Shown here in pieces: positions 27,364 through 35,313 of a DNA stretch of 64,000 nucleotides. The translations under genes and the position numbers were made by a program. The stretch spans positions 1,044 through 65,043 of the forward strand of contig JBFWQW010000005.1 in NCBI GenBank assembly GCA_050249235.1. Direction: 5' to 3'. Each line of letters starts with the position of its first letter. Positions within the stretch are counted from its first letter, which is position 1. The notes under the pieces were generated by a model. The model was not told where the DNA came from. It saw nothing but the letters and a program-made list of their open reading frames with translations, and did not search any database. Source of the DNA: Acidimicrobiia bacterium (GTDB lineage Bacteria > Actinomycetota > Acidimicrobiia > Acidimicrobiales > CADCSY01).

Positions 27364-27723
27364 TCAGCGGCGGGTGATGTGGGCGACGGCGTAGCGGACG
27401 GCGTCGATCTCCTTGGGCTCGAGGTGCACCGAGATCGGCACCCGCTCGCCGTCGAGGGGCCGCTCGGCGGTCGGCTCGAGGCCCGGGTCCATCTCCCGCT
27501 CGACCGGCTCCATGAAGTACGCCCGCCGGTAGGCCTGGTGGCCGAACCGGAACTCCTCGGGCATGAGCAGCTCCATGGCCTCGCCGGCCACGTCGTCGAG
27601 GCCGATGCCGAAGAACTCCTCGGCCGGCTCGGACAGCATGACGATGTTTCCCCCCACGTCGACGGCGACGAGGACCTCGTCGCTGGTGCGGAGCTCGGCG
27701 ATCGCGGCGGGGAGGTCGGCCAT
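27364..27723 (-). CDS. Small PAS-domain protein
   Basis: A PAS-like core: VLVAVDVGGNIVMLSEPAEEFFGIGLDDVAGEAMELLMPEEFR..., then ERPLDGERVPISVHLEPK. ATG 27723 is chosen over 27774. An AT-rich stretch (ccaaaatttggg) lies upstream. Confidence 0.6.
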   Translation of the reverse strand: MADLPAAIAELRTSDEVLVAVDVGGNIVMLSEPAEEFFGIGLDDVAGEAMELLMPEEFRFGHQAYRRAYFMEPVEREMDPGLEPTAERPLDGERVPISVHLEPKEIDAVRYAVAHITRR

Positions 27724-27829
27724 GGGCGACAGTCTCGCAGCTCGTAGAACGATTCCGACATGAGAATCGCCCAAATTTTGGAAGACCGGGGGCGGGGGCC
27801 GGGCCGGGGGCGGGGCCCGGGGCAGGAGG

Positions 27830-29428
27830 TCAGCCGCCCCGCATCGTGGCGGTGATCGCCACCTGGTCGGCCGGGCGGGGGAGCCCCCAGCCGGGCTGGT
27901 AGCCGAACAGCGACCCGGCGGTGACGGCGCCGTAACGACCGTCGAGCACCTCGATGCGGTCGACGCCCACGAGCGACGGATGCGGGACGCCGCAGGCGAG
28001 GGACAGCTGGAGGAGCTCGTGGCGCAGGGTGGCCACGTAGTTGGCGAACCGCACCGACTTCAGGGTCGGGTCGAGGCCGCGGGTGAGCCACCGGCTCTGC
28101 GTGGCCACGCCGGTCGGGCACCGGCCGGTGTGGCAGCGCTGGGCCTGGATGCAGCCGACCGCCAGCATCGCCTCCCGCCCCACGTTCACCAGGTCGCAGC
28201 CGAGGGCGAAGGCCAGGAGGGCGACGTCGGGGAAGCCGAGCCGGCCGGCCCCGGCGAACACGACGTCGCCGGCGACGTCCCGCTCGGCGAACAGCCGGTA
28301 GACCCGTGCGAAGCCGACCTTGAAGGGCAGGGAGACGTGGTCGGTGAAGGCGAGCGGGGCGGCGCCGGTGCCGCCCTCGCCCCCGTCGACGTTGACGAAG
28401 TCGACGCCCCGACCACCCTTGGCCATCTCGTCGGCCAGCACCTCCCAGAACCCGCCCTCGCCCACGGCCGACTTGATGCCGACCGGCAGGCCCGTGGCGG
28501 CGGCCACCTCCTCCACGAAGTCGAGCATCGAGTCGACGTCCGAGAAGGCGGAGTGGCGGGACGGGCTGACACAGGTGACCCCGACGGGGACGCCGCGGAT
28601 GGCGGCGATCTCGGGGCTCACCTTGGCCGCCGGCAGGACGCCCCCGAGGCCGGGCTTGGCGCCCTGGCTGAGCTTGATCTCGATGGCCCGGACCGGGTTG
28701 GCGGCCACCAGGTCGACGAGGCGGGAAAGCTCGAAGCGGCCCCCGGCGTCACGGCAGCCGAAGTAGCCGGTGCCGACCTGGAAGACGAGGTCGCCGCCGT
28801 GCTGGTGGTGGGGCGCCAGCCCGCCCTCCCCGGTGTTCTGCCAGCAGCCGGCCAGCGCCGCGCCCCGGTTGATGGCCTCGACGGCCGGGCCGGACAGCGA
28901 GCCGAAGCTCATGCCCGACGCGTTCACCACCGAGGCCGGGCGGAAGGCGTGGCGGCGGGCTCGGGGTCCGCCGAGGACCTTCGCGCAGGGCAGGTCCTCG
29001 CCGGTGCCGGCCGCCGCCTCCAGCGGGAAGGTCGCCTGCTTCACGACCAGGTAGTTCGATGACGAGTCGAGATCGTTGTCGGTGCCGAAGCCGACGTAGT
29101 TGTTCTCGAGCTTCGCCGAGGCGTACACCCACGTCCGCTGGTCACGGGTGAAGGGCCGCTCCTCGTCGTTGTCGGTGACGATGTACTGGCGCAGCTCGGG
29201 ACCGATGGCCTCCAGAAGGAACCGGAGGTGCCCCACCACCGGGAAGTTCCGGAGGAGCGAGTGCCGGCGCTGGACCAGGTCGTAGACGGCCACGAGGGCC
29301 AGCACCGCGACCAGCCCGCCGGCGAACCAGACCACGCCGGCGACGCTACCGGGGGTCCAGGACCGACCCCGGCCCTGGGTCGGGATCCCTCGGGGGCCGG
29401 ACCGGTTCGACCCGATTCGCGGCATCAC
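27830..29428 (-). CDS. FMN-binding glutamate synthase family protein (GltB FMN-domain-like) with N-terminal TM anchor
   Basis: SGMSFGSLSGPAVEAINRGAALAG, NTGEGG, IEIKLSQGAKPGLGGVLP, GVDFVNVDGGEGGTGAAP, and a Cys cluster CIQAQRCHTGRCPTGV. Confidence 0.85.
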   Translation of the reverse strand: MMPRIGSNRSGPRGIPTQGRGRSWTPGSVAGVVWFAGGLVAVLALVAVYDLVQRRHSLLRNFPVVGHLRFLLEAIGPELRQYIVTDNDEERPFTRDQRTWVYASAKLENNYVGFGTDNDLDSSSNYLVVKQATFPLEAAAGTGEDLPCAKVLGGPRARRHAFRPASVVNASGMSFGSLSGPAVEAINRGAALAGCWQNTGEGGLAPHHQHGGDLVFQVGTGYFGCRDAGGRFELSRLVDLVAANPVRAIEIKLSQGAKPGLGGVLPAAKVSPEIAAIRGVPVGVTCVSPSRHSAFSDVDSMLDFVEEVAAATGLPVGIKSAVGEGGFWEVLADEMAKGGRGVDFVNVDGGEGGTGAAPLAFTDHVSLPFKVGFARVYRLFAERDVAGDVVFAGAGRLGFPDVALLAFALGCDLVNVGREAMLAVGCIQAQRCHTGRCPTGVATQSRWLTRGLDPTLKSVRFANYVATLRHELLQLSLACGVPHPSLVGVDRIEVLDGRYGAVTAGSLFGYQPGWGLPRPADQVAITATMRGG

Positions 29429-29448
29429 GAACCCGAGATCCTCATCCT

Positions 29449-29467
29449 GACGTTCGTATACGACGTC
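29449..29467. promoter_or_regulatory. Inverted repeat in the tetR / gltS-like divergent region (candidate TetR operator)
   Basis: GACGT-t-CGTATACG-ACGTC. The core tcgtatacga is a perfect palindrome in an AT-richer patch. It lies 21 nt from the gltS-like start and 53 nt from the tetR start. Confidence 0.45.
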
Positions 29468-29519
29468 TACTTCTCACGCTGCAACCTAGGGTGGTGCGGA
29501 TGGACGAAGGCAGGCGCCG

Positions 29520-30164
29520 GTGAGCCCGCCCGCGAGCGGGCGGGAGACGCCGCTCAGCCGCGACGAGGTGATCGACGCCGCCCTCGCGCTGACCAGGGAG
29601 GTCGGCCTCCAGCGGCTCACGATGCGGGGGCTCGCCAGCGCCCTCGGGGTGAGCCCCATGGCCACCTACCACTACGTCACGAACAAGCAGGAGCTGGTCC
29701 GCCTCGTCGCCGAGGCGGTCTCCGCCACCTGGCCGAAGCTGGTGCCGAGCGACGAGCCGTGGGACGACGTCCTGCGTCGCCACCTCCTGCTCACCTGGGA
29801 CACCCTGCGGCGCTACCCGGGCCTCGGCACCCACCTCATGGACCGGCCCGCCATCGGCGTCACCCAGCCCGCCCTCGACCTCGCCATCGAGTTCTTCCGC
29901 GCCGCCGGCTTCTCCGGCGACGAAGCCATGCTGGCCTGGTCGTTCACCGAGACCTACCTGCACGGCCGGCTGAGCGTCGACGCCCGCCTCCACGGCCACG
30001 ACGCCTCCGACCGCCCGGGCGGCACCGACCACCTGGAGTTCGGCGTCGAGCTCCGGGCCCGGGACTACGTGGAGTACGCCGTCGACACCCTCATCGAGGG
30101 CCTGCGGGCCCGGTTGGCCGCGACCGGGGGCCAACCGGTCCTCGCCGAGGGCGAGCGGAGCTAG
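29520..30164 (+). CDS. TetR-family transcriptional regulator
   Basis: N-terminal HTH: LSRDEVIDAALALTREVGLQRLTMRGLASALGVSPMATYHYVTNKQEL. Confidence 0.85.
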   Translation: MSPPASGRETPLSRDEVIDAALALTREVGLQRLTMRGLASALGVSPMATYHYVTNKQELVRLVAEAVSATWPKLVPSDEPWDDVLRRHLLLTWDTLRRYPGLGTHLMDRPAIGVTQPALDLAIEFFRAAGFSGDEAMLAWSFTETYLHGRLSVDARLHGHDASDRPGGTDHLEFGVELRARDYVEYAVDTLIEGLRARLAATGGQPVLAEGERS

Positions 30165-30967
30165 GCGGCGGGATCGGGGCGCACGACGCTCAGGTAGGAG
30201 GCGCCCGCATCCGGACCGTTCGGGTCGGCCCCGGTGGGAGACGGCGTCATCCGGGCCGTGGCCGCGCCGCCCACCTCCCCACCCGGTGGCGAAGGCGCCG
30301 CGCCCCCACCCGGCCGGCGCCAACCCGGCCCGGCCGAGGAGGCGCCGGGCGGCTCGACCGCGGGCGGGGCGGAACCTCCGGGGTCGTCGGCCGGACCGGT
30401 CACCGCACCGGCGGCGGGGCCCGGCCCCTCGTCGACGGCGGACGTCGCACCGGTGCCGGCAGCGGCAGGCGGTTCGCCGCTGGGGGTGGCAGCGGTCGCC
30501 GGCGATCCGTCCGGTGCCCGGTCCAGGATGGCGAGGGCCCCGGCCAGGCGGTCGACCGCCTCACCGATCCGGGCCGAGGCCAGCTCGCGAGCGGCGATGG
30601 CTTCGTCCTGGCGGCGCTGGGCCTCGGCGTGGGAGGTGGCCACCATCTCGTTGGCCTGGTCGAGGAGCTTGAGGGCGTTGGCCTCGAGGTGGGCGGCCCG
30701 CTCCTCGGCGTCGGCGACGATCTGGGCGGCGCGGGCGTCGGCCTCGCGCTGGCCCTCGGTGACGGTCTCGGCGAAGGACTGGAGCAGTGCGGCCAGGTGC
30801 CCGGCCACCTCCGGCGAGACGTCGGGGGCGTTGCGGAGCCGCTCGAGCTCGGCCTGCATCACCTGGCGCTCGGCCTCGAGCTCGGCCAGGGCCCGCTCGA
30901 CCTCCTCGCGGTCGTAACCGAACAGCCGCTTACGGAACGGCTTTGGGCTCTGTCCTGCCGTCGCCAT
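30161..30967 (-). CDS. DivIVA-domain protein with a long Pro/Gly/Ala-rich tail
   Basis: FRKRLFGYDREEVERALAELEAE, then coiled-coil sequence, then ~120 aa of low complexity. ATG 30967 is chosen within ORF 30161..31012. Confidence 0.7.
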   Translation of the reverse strand: MATAGQSPKPFRKRLFGYDREEVERALAELEAERQVMQAELERLRNAPDVSPEVAGHLAALLQSFAETVTEGQREADARAAQIVADAEERAAHLEANALKLLDQANEMVATSHAEAQRRQDEAIAARELASARIGEAVDRLAGALAILDRAPDGSPATAATPSGEPPAAAGTGATSAVDEGPGPAAGAVTGPADDPGGSAPPAVEPPGASSAGPGWRRPGGGAAPSPPGGEVGGAATARMTPSPTGADPNGPDAGASYLSVVRPDPAA

Positions 30968-31502
30968 CGACCTCGACCTCCGGGGGCTGACCACCGGCTG
31001 CGACCAGCGCAACCGGCGCCACGCTAGGGACGCCCGTCGACACCGCGGGGGATGCCTGCCCGGCGGCGGGGGCAGCCGGCGCGGGTGCGGGCGCGAGGGA
31101 GGAGGCCGCGTCCGGCGCGAACCGCGGCCGCTCCGGCGCCGGGAGGAGGGAGAGCAGACCCTGGTAGACGGCGAGGACGACCACGCCCGTCTTCAGGACC
31201 TCGATGGCGGCGGTGGCAAGGAGCCGGTCGCCCGCCGCGCCCGGGGCGTCGGCGGGTGCATCGCCGAGGGCATCACCGGGTGGGGCCGCGACGAGGGCCC
31301 GCGGAGCGGGAGCGCCGGCCTCGTCGTCACCGCCGCCCCGGGGCGGCGCGGGCCGGGCGCCGGGCGCCGGGGAAAGGCTCGAGAGATCGCCCTGGCGGAC
31401 GGCCTCGGCCAGGCGCAGCAGTCCGCTGGCCAGCTCGTCGTAGGCGCGGCCGATCGACGGCGCGACGGACTCGGTCGGTTCGGTGGTCGGCACAGCCGAC
31501 AT
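30930..31502 (-). CDS. Hypothetical protein (one predicted TM segment, Ala/Pro-rich)
   Basis: ATG 31502 is preceded by a strong SD (ggcAAGGAGGtgcccg). GC3 is high throughout the frame. The hydrophobic segment is LLATAAIEVLKTGVVVLAVYQGLLSLL. The gene overlaps the DivIVA-like start by 38 nt. I recognise no family. Confidence 0.5.
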   Translation of the reverse strand: MSAVPTTEPTESVAPSIGRAYDELASGLLRLAEAVRQGDLSSLSPAPGARPAPPRGGGDDEAGAPAPRALVAAPPGDALGDAPADAPGAAGDRLLATAAIEVLKTGVVVLAVYQGLLSLLPAPERPRFAPDAASSLAPAPAPAAPAAGQASPAVSTGVPSVAPVALVAAGGQPPEVEVDGDGRTEPKAVP

Positions 31503-31832
31503 CGGGCACCTCCTTGCCCGGGAGGTATCGGCATCCCGCCGGGCGCCCTGAAGCCCGAGCGCGACCACCAGCCGACTCCCGCACCGCCCGGCGGGACGGC
31601 GGCGACCGGCGCCGCCCCCGGCCCAGCTGTCCCGGCGGGGCGGTGGAGGCACCCGGGGGCGCCGGCGGACCTGGCCCTCGGGCACTTCCCCGCCATCTCC
31701 CGCTGGGAACGGTCCGGCCGAGGCGGCCCGGGGCCGGTGCGGCGGCACCGACCCCGATGGGGCCCCTCATGACGTAGTTGTATCACTACGGAGAGTGGTT
31801 TTCCTAGGCCGGCAGCCTGGCCCGGTGTGAGG

Positions 31833-32609
31833 TCAGGACTCGCCGGGGAACGGATCGAGCACGGGGAGGTCGATCCCCCACCCGCCCATGCCGAGCTCGA
31901 GCTGCCGGCAGGTCTCCTCGAGCACCTGGACCCTGGCGTAGCGCTTCGACTCCGCCGGCACCGTCACCCACGAGGCCGCCTCGTGATCCGTCCGCTCGAG
32001 CATGTCCTCCACGGCCAGCTCGTAGTCGTGGCGCCTGGCCCGGTTGCGCTCGTCCTCGTTCGTGAGCTTCCAGCGCTTCAGGGGGTCGCGCTCCCGGCGC
32101 TCGAAGCGGCGCTGCTGCTCGTCGTCCGAGATGTGCAGCCAGAACTTCACGAGGATCATCCCCTCGGCGCACAGCGTCCGCTCGAAGTCGACGATCTCGC
32201 GGTAGGCCCGTCCCCACTGCTCCTCCGTGGCGAAGCCCTCGACCCGCTCGACGAGGACCCGCCCGTACCAGCTCCGGTCGAAGATCGTCATGCCGCCCCA
32301 GCCGGGCAGCTGGGGCCAGAAGCGCCAGAGGAAGTGGTGCCGCTTCTCGTCGTAGGTGGGCGCCGACACCTGGGTGACCCGGACGTGGCGGGGGTCGATG
32401 GGCTCGACCAGGCGCCGGATGCACCCGCCCTTGCCGGCCGCGTCCCAGCCCTCGAACACGATGCAGATCGGCGGTCCGATCTCACCGCCCAACTGGCCGC
32501 CGAGGGTGAGGCGGAGGTGGAGGAGCCGGCGCTGGGCCACGGCCAGCCGCTCGGCCTCCTCCTTCGTGGAGATGGCCAGCCCGAGATCGAGGTCGTCGAG
32601 TCGTCCCAC
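31833..32609 (-). CDS. Polyphosphate kinase 2 (PPK2) family protein
   Basis: Walker A (FEGWDAAGKGG), FLWRFWPQLP, IFDRSWYGRVLVERV and VKFWLHISDDEQQRRF. GTG 32609 is proposed as the start; the upstream 60 codons in the track look non-coding. Confidence 0.85.
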   Translation of the reverse strand: MGRLDDLDLGLAISTKEEAERLAVAQRRLLHLRLTLGGQLGGEIGPPICIVFEGWDAAGKGGCIRRLVEPIDPRHVRVTQVSAPTYDEKRHHFLWRFWPQLPGWGGMTIFDRSWYGRVLVERVEGFATEEQWGRAYREIVDFERTLCAEGMILVKFWLHISDDEQQRRFERRERDPLKRWKLTNEDERNRARRHDYELAVEDMLERTDHEAASWVTVPAESKRYARVQVLEETCRQLELGMGGWGIDLPVLDPFPGES

Positions 32610-32682
32610 CGCCCGACAGCGTGGCACGCCCGATCGGCGCGGCCATGCCCGTCGCTCGGACAGCGACGGGCGAACGGCGCCC

Positions 32683-32766
32683 GACGGGCCAGGACCGTCA
32701 GCGCAGCTGGCGGCCGCCGACGGGCCGCCGACCGTCAGCGCAGCTGGCGGCCGCAGACGGGCCAGG
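32683..32766. repeat. ~37-bp tandem duplication (about 2.3 copies) spanning the rpf-fusion stop codon
   Basis: accgtcagcgcagctggcggccgc occurs at 32694-32717 and 32731-32754. Each copy is flanked by gacgggcc (32683, 32719, 32756). The real stop (32735-32737) is in copy 2, and copy 1 reproduces the last codons plus the stop in the 3' UTR. Confidence 0.85.
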
Positions 32767-33874
32767 CCCGCCAGCCCGACAGGCGCCACTGGTGGCGGGC
32801 GAGCTCGATCTGCGCCTCCCGCGAGTGCTGGTGCGGGTAGCCCTGCCCGCCGAGCCCCCGCCAGGTACCGAGCGCGAACTGGAGGCCGCCGTAGTAGCCG
32901 TTGCCGGTGTTGATGTCCCAGCGCCCACCGGACTCACAGGCGGCCAGCCGGTCGAAGTCCTCGTCGGTCGGCTCGCCCGGCTCCCAGCCGGTGGTGGCGG
33001 CCGCGAACAGCGGCAGCGGGTTGGTGACCACCGCCCAGTAGCCCCGGCCGTCGGGCTTGGCGACGATGTCGCGGATGGGGCCCTCGGCCCAGAAGCGACC
33101 GTGCCCGGGGGCGTCGCCGAAGGCGAACACCCCGCCGTCGGCGGCGATCAGCCAGTAGCCGTCGCCGGAGGGGGTGGCCGCCATCGAGGTCACCGGCGAG
33201 TTCAGGGGCGCGGCGCCCATCGAGCCGCGGAAGGCGGCGTCGCCGAACGCGAACACGCCGCCATCGGCGGCCGACATCCAGTAGCCCTCCCCGGAGGGCG
33301 ACACCGTCATCGCCGTCACCGGCGAGTTCAGCGCCACCCCGCCGAGCGAGCCGTGGAACGCGGCGTCGCCGAACGCGAACAGGCCGCCGTCGGCGGCGAC
33401 GAGCCAGTAGCCCTCCCCGGAGGGGGTCACGGCCATCGCCGTCACCGGCGAGTTGAGCGCCATCCCTCCGAGCGACCCGTGGAACGTGGCCCCGCCGTAG
33501 CTGAACACGCCGCCGTCGGCGGCGACGACCCAGTAGCCGTCACCCTGGGGCCGGGCCGCCAGGTCGACGAGCGGGTGGGCGGTGGGCACGGTGCCGTCGA
33601 GCGGGTCGGCGTCGCCGAAGGCGAACACCCGGCCGCCTTCGGCCAGGGCCCAGTACCCCTCGCCGGAGGGGGTCACGGCCAGGCCGACCAACGAGCCGGC
33701 CGCTGCGTCCGGCGCGCCGAGGGCGTCGGCGTCGCCCGCGGGGAGGATGCGGCCCAGGTCCTTCGGGGCCACGTTGGCACCCGACGTGGCCGTCGGGAGT
33801 TGGAGCGCCACCTGCGTGAGGGTGAGGGCGGCGCCGGCGGCGAACGCTCGTGCGGGCGCGCGTCGTCGGGACAA
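32735..33874 (-). CDS. Secreted resuscitation-promoting-factor (Rpf) domain protein fused to a repeat (putative beta-propeller-like) domain
   Basis: The C-terminal 75 aa read [38 protein letters not shown]..., the Rpf transglycosylase-like signature. An N-terminal signal peptide is present. The start is TTG 33874, with AAGGAG 6 nt upstream. Confidence 0.85.
   Translation of the reverse strand: [379 protein letters not shown]
33005..33691 (-). repeat. Intragenic coding repeats: 5 full plus 1 partial ~41-aa (~123-bp) units
   Basis: The consensus is [42 protein letters not shown]. Units 3 and 4 are nearly identical. Coordinates are approximate, derived from residue counts. Confidence 0.75.
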
Positions 33875-34010
33875 TGGAGGCTCCTTTCAGGGTCGTCCAT
33901 CCACCGGCCCCCGTTCGCCGGGGCGGGCATCGGTGAAGTCGGGCCTCGGCTCGGCGAGCAAGGGGCGCAGCGCGCCGAGGCCGACCCTTCTCGTCGGTAG
34001 GGGGCCCAAA

Positions 34011-34022
34011 CTAACTAGTTAG
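34011..34022. promoter_or_regulatory. Perfect AT-rich 12-bp palindrome CTAACTAGTTAG in the rpf-fusion upstream region
   Basis: Read directly. It lies 137 nt upstream of the TTG start, in otherwise very GC-rich DNA. It is followed by tcacGCGATCGCaatgtga. Confidence 0.4.
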
Positions 34023-34170
34023 TCACGCGATCGCAATGTGAGGTTGGACACAGCCGGCCGACAGCCCGGACGCCGCAACGTCGCCGCAATCCCGTCGAGG
34101 CCCATGACCCCGGATCTCCCCGGGTCGCTCCCCCGGCCGGGGCCGCGACCCGGGGACGCCGGCGGGCCGC

Positions 34171-34200
34171 GGCGGGTGAGGGGAACCGCCCTCACCCGCC
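34171..34200 (-). terminator. Perfect 12-bp stem / 6-nt loop hairpin after the alpha/beta hydrolase gene
   Basis: ggcgggtgaggg-gaaccg-ccctcacccgcc, starting 31 nt downstream of the stop at 34231. There is no U-tract, which is common in high-GC actinobacteria. Confidence 0.5.
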
Positions 34201-34230
34201 TTCCCCGGCACCACCGGCGCCGGGAGGGGC

Positions 34231-35172
34231 TCAGGAGCGGCGGAACTCGGCGACGAGGGCGGCCAGCTCCAGCGGCTTGTCGTTCTGCACCGCGTGGCCG
34301 GCGCCGTCGACCGTCTCCACCCGGGCGTCCGGCCGGTGCTGGCGGAAGGCGGCGACGGCTTCGTCGCTGACGACCGGCGAACGACTCCCCCGCACCAGCA
34401 TCGTGGGCACCTGCAGGCCGGCGATGTCGTCCCAGAGCGGCGAGAAGTCGGGCGGGGGCTGGTCGGCCGTGCGGGCCGGGTCGAAGAGCCGGTCGTAGCG
34501 CCAGCCCCAGCGGCCGTCCTCGAGCGGCCGGGAATTGTGCCGGAGTCCCGGGATGATCGACTCGGGGGTGCGGTGCGGCATCGTCGCCGCCGTGGCGTCG
34601 AGGAGGGCCTGGAACGAGTCGTAGGTGCGGGGCCCGGACAGCAGGTCGGTCGGCGCCGGCGGCCGGGCCTCGTCGGCGTCGCGGCGACCGAGCCCGGGCG
34701 TGATGTCGACGAGCACGAGCCGACGGACCAGGTCGGTCCGTCCGGCCGCCACCCGCAGCGACGACAGCCCGCCGAGCGACATCCCCACCACCACGTCGGC
34801 GTCCGGCGCCAGCTGCTCGACCAGCGCGGCCAGCGCCACGGCGTTGGTGGCCGGCGAGTAGTCCCGGTCGTCCCGCCAGTCGGAGTGGCCGTGACCGGGG
34901 AGGTCGACGGCCACGAGCGGTGCGCCGAGGGCCATCGCGAACGTGTCCCAGGTGTGGGCGTTCTGCCCGGCCCCGTGGACGACGACCAGCTCCGGCGGCT
35001 CCTCGCCCCACACCAGCGCGCTCAGCCGGCGGCCCCCGCCCACCTCGACGTGCCGGCGGGCCACCGCCGGCCGGCCCGACCAGGCAAGGCCGGCCCAGGC
35101 GGCGTGGCCCTCGAGGAAGGCGAACTCGTCGTAGTCCTCGCCGTGCACGTCGATCTCCGACCAGGCCACCAC
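34231..35172 (-). CDS. Alpha/beta-fold hydrolase
   Basis: HGAGQNAHTW, DLPGHGHS, nucleophile elbow GMSLGG, and a C-terminal GAGHAVQNDKP. The GTG 35172 start is tentative, because the upstream part of the 553-aa ORF in the track looks non-coding. Confidence 0.8.
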   Translation of the reverse strand: MVAWSEIDVHGEDYDEFAFLEGHAAWAGLAWSGRPAVARRHVEVGGGRRLSALVWGEEPPELVVVHGAGQNAHTWDTFAMALGAPLVAVDLPGHGHSDWRDDRDYSPATNAVALAALVEQLAPDADVVVGMSLGGLSSLRVAAGRTDLVRRLVLVDITPGLGRRDADEARPPAPTDLLSGPRTYDSFQALLDATAATMPHRTPESIIPGLRHNSRPLEDGRWGWRYDRLFDPARTADQPPPDFSPLWDDIAGLQVPTMLVRGSRSPVVSDEAVAAFRQHRPDARVETVDGAGHAVQNDKPLELAALVAEFRRS

Positions 35173-35313
35173 CGCGGCGAAGGGTAATCCTGCCCCGGCA
35201 TGTCCAGCTGGGGCGGCGGGCGCCGGGTCCCGCGCCGCTCGCCCCGCGCCCCGCGTCCGGTCCGGACGGCCCGGCGGGCCCGGCTGTCGCTCCCGGCCGC
35301 ACCCTCTGAGAAC

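Noticed and set aside
33875-34230. c-di-AMP (ydaO-type) riboswitch upstream of the rpf-fusion gene
   Set aside because: I reverse-complemented the leader and did not find the paired conserved blocks I recall for this class. This rests on memory of the consensus only, and a covariance-model scan is still needed.
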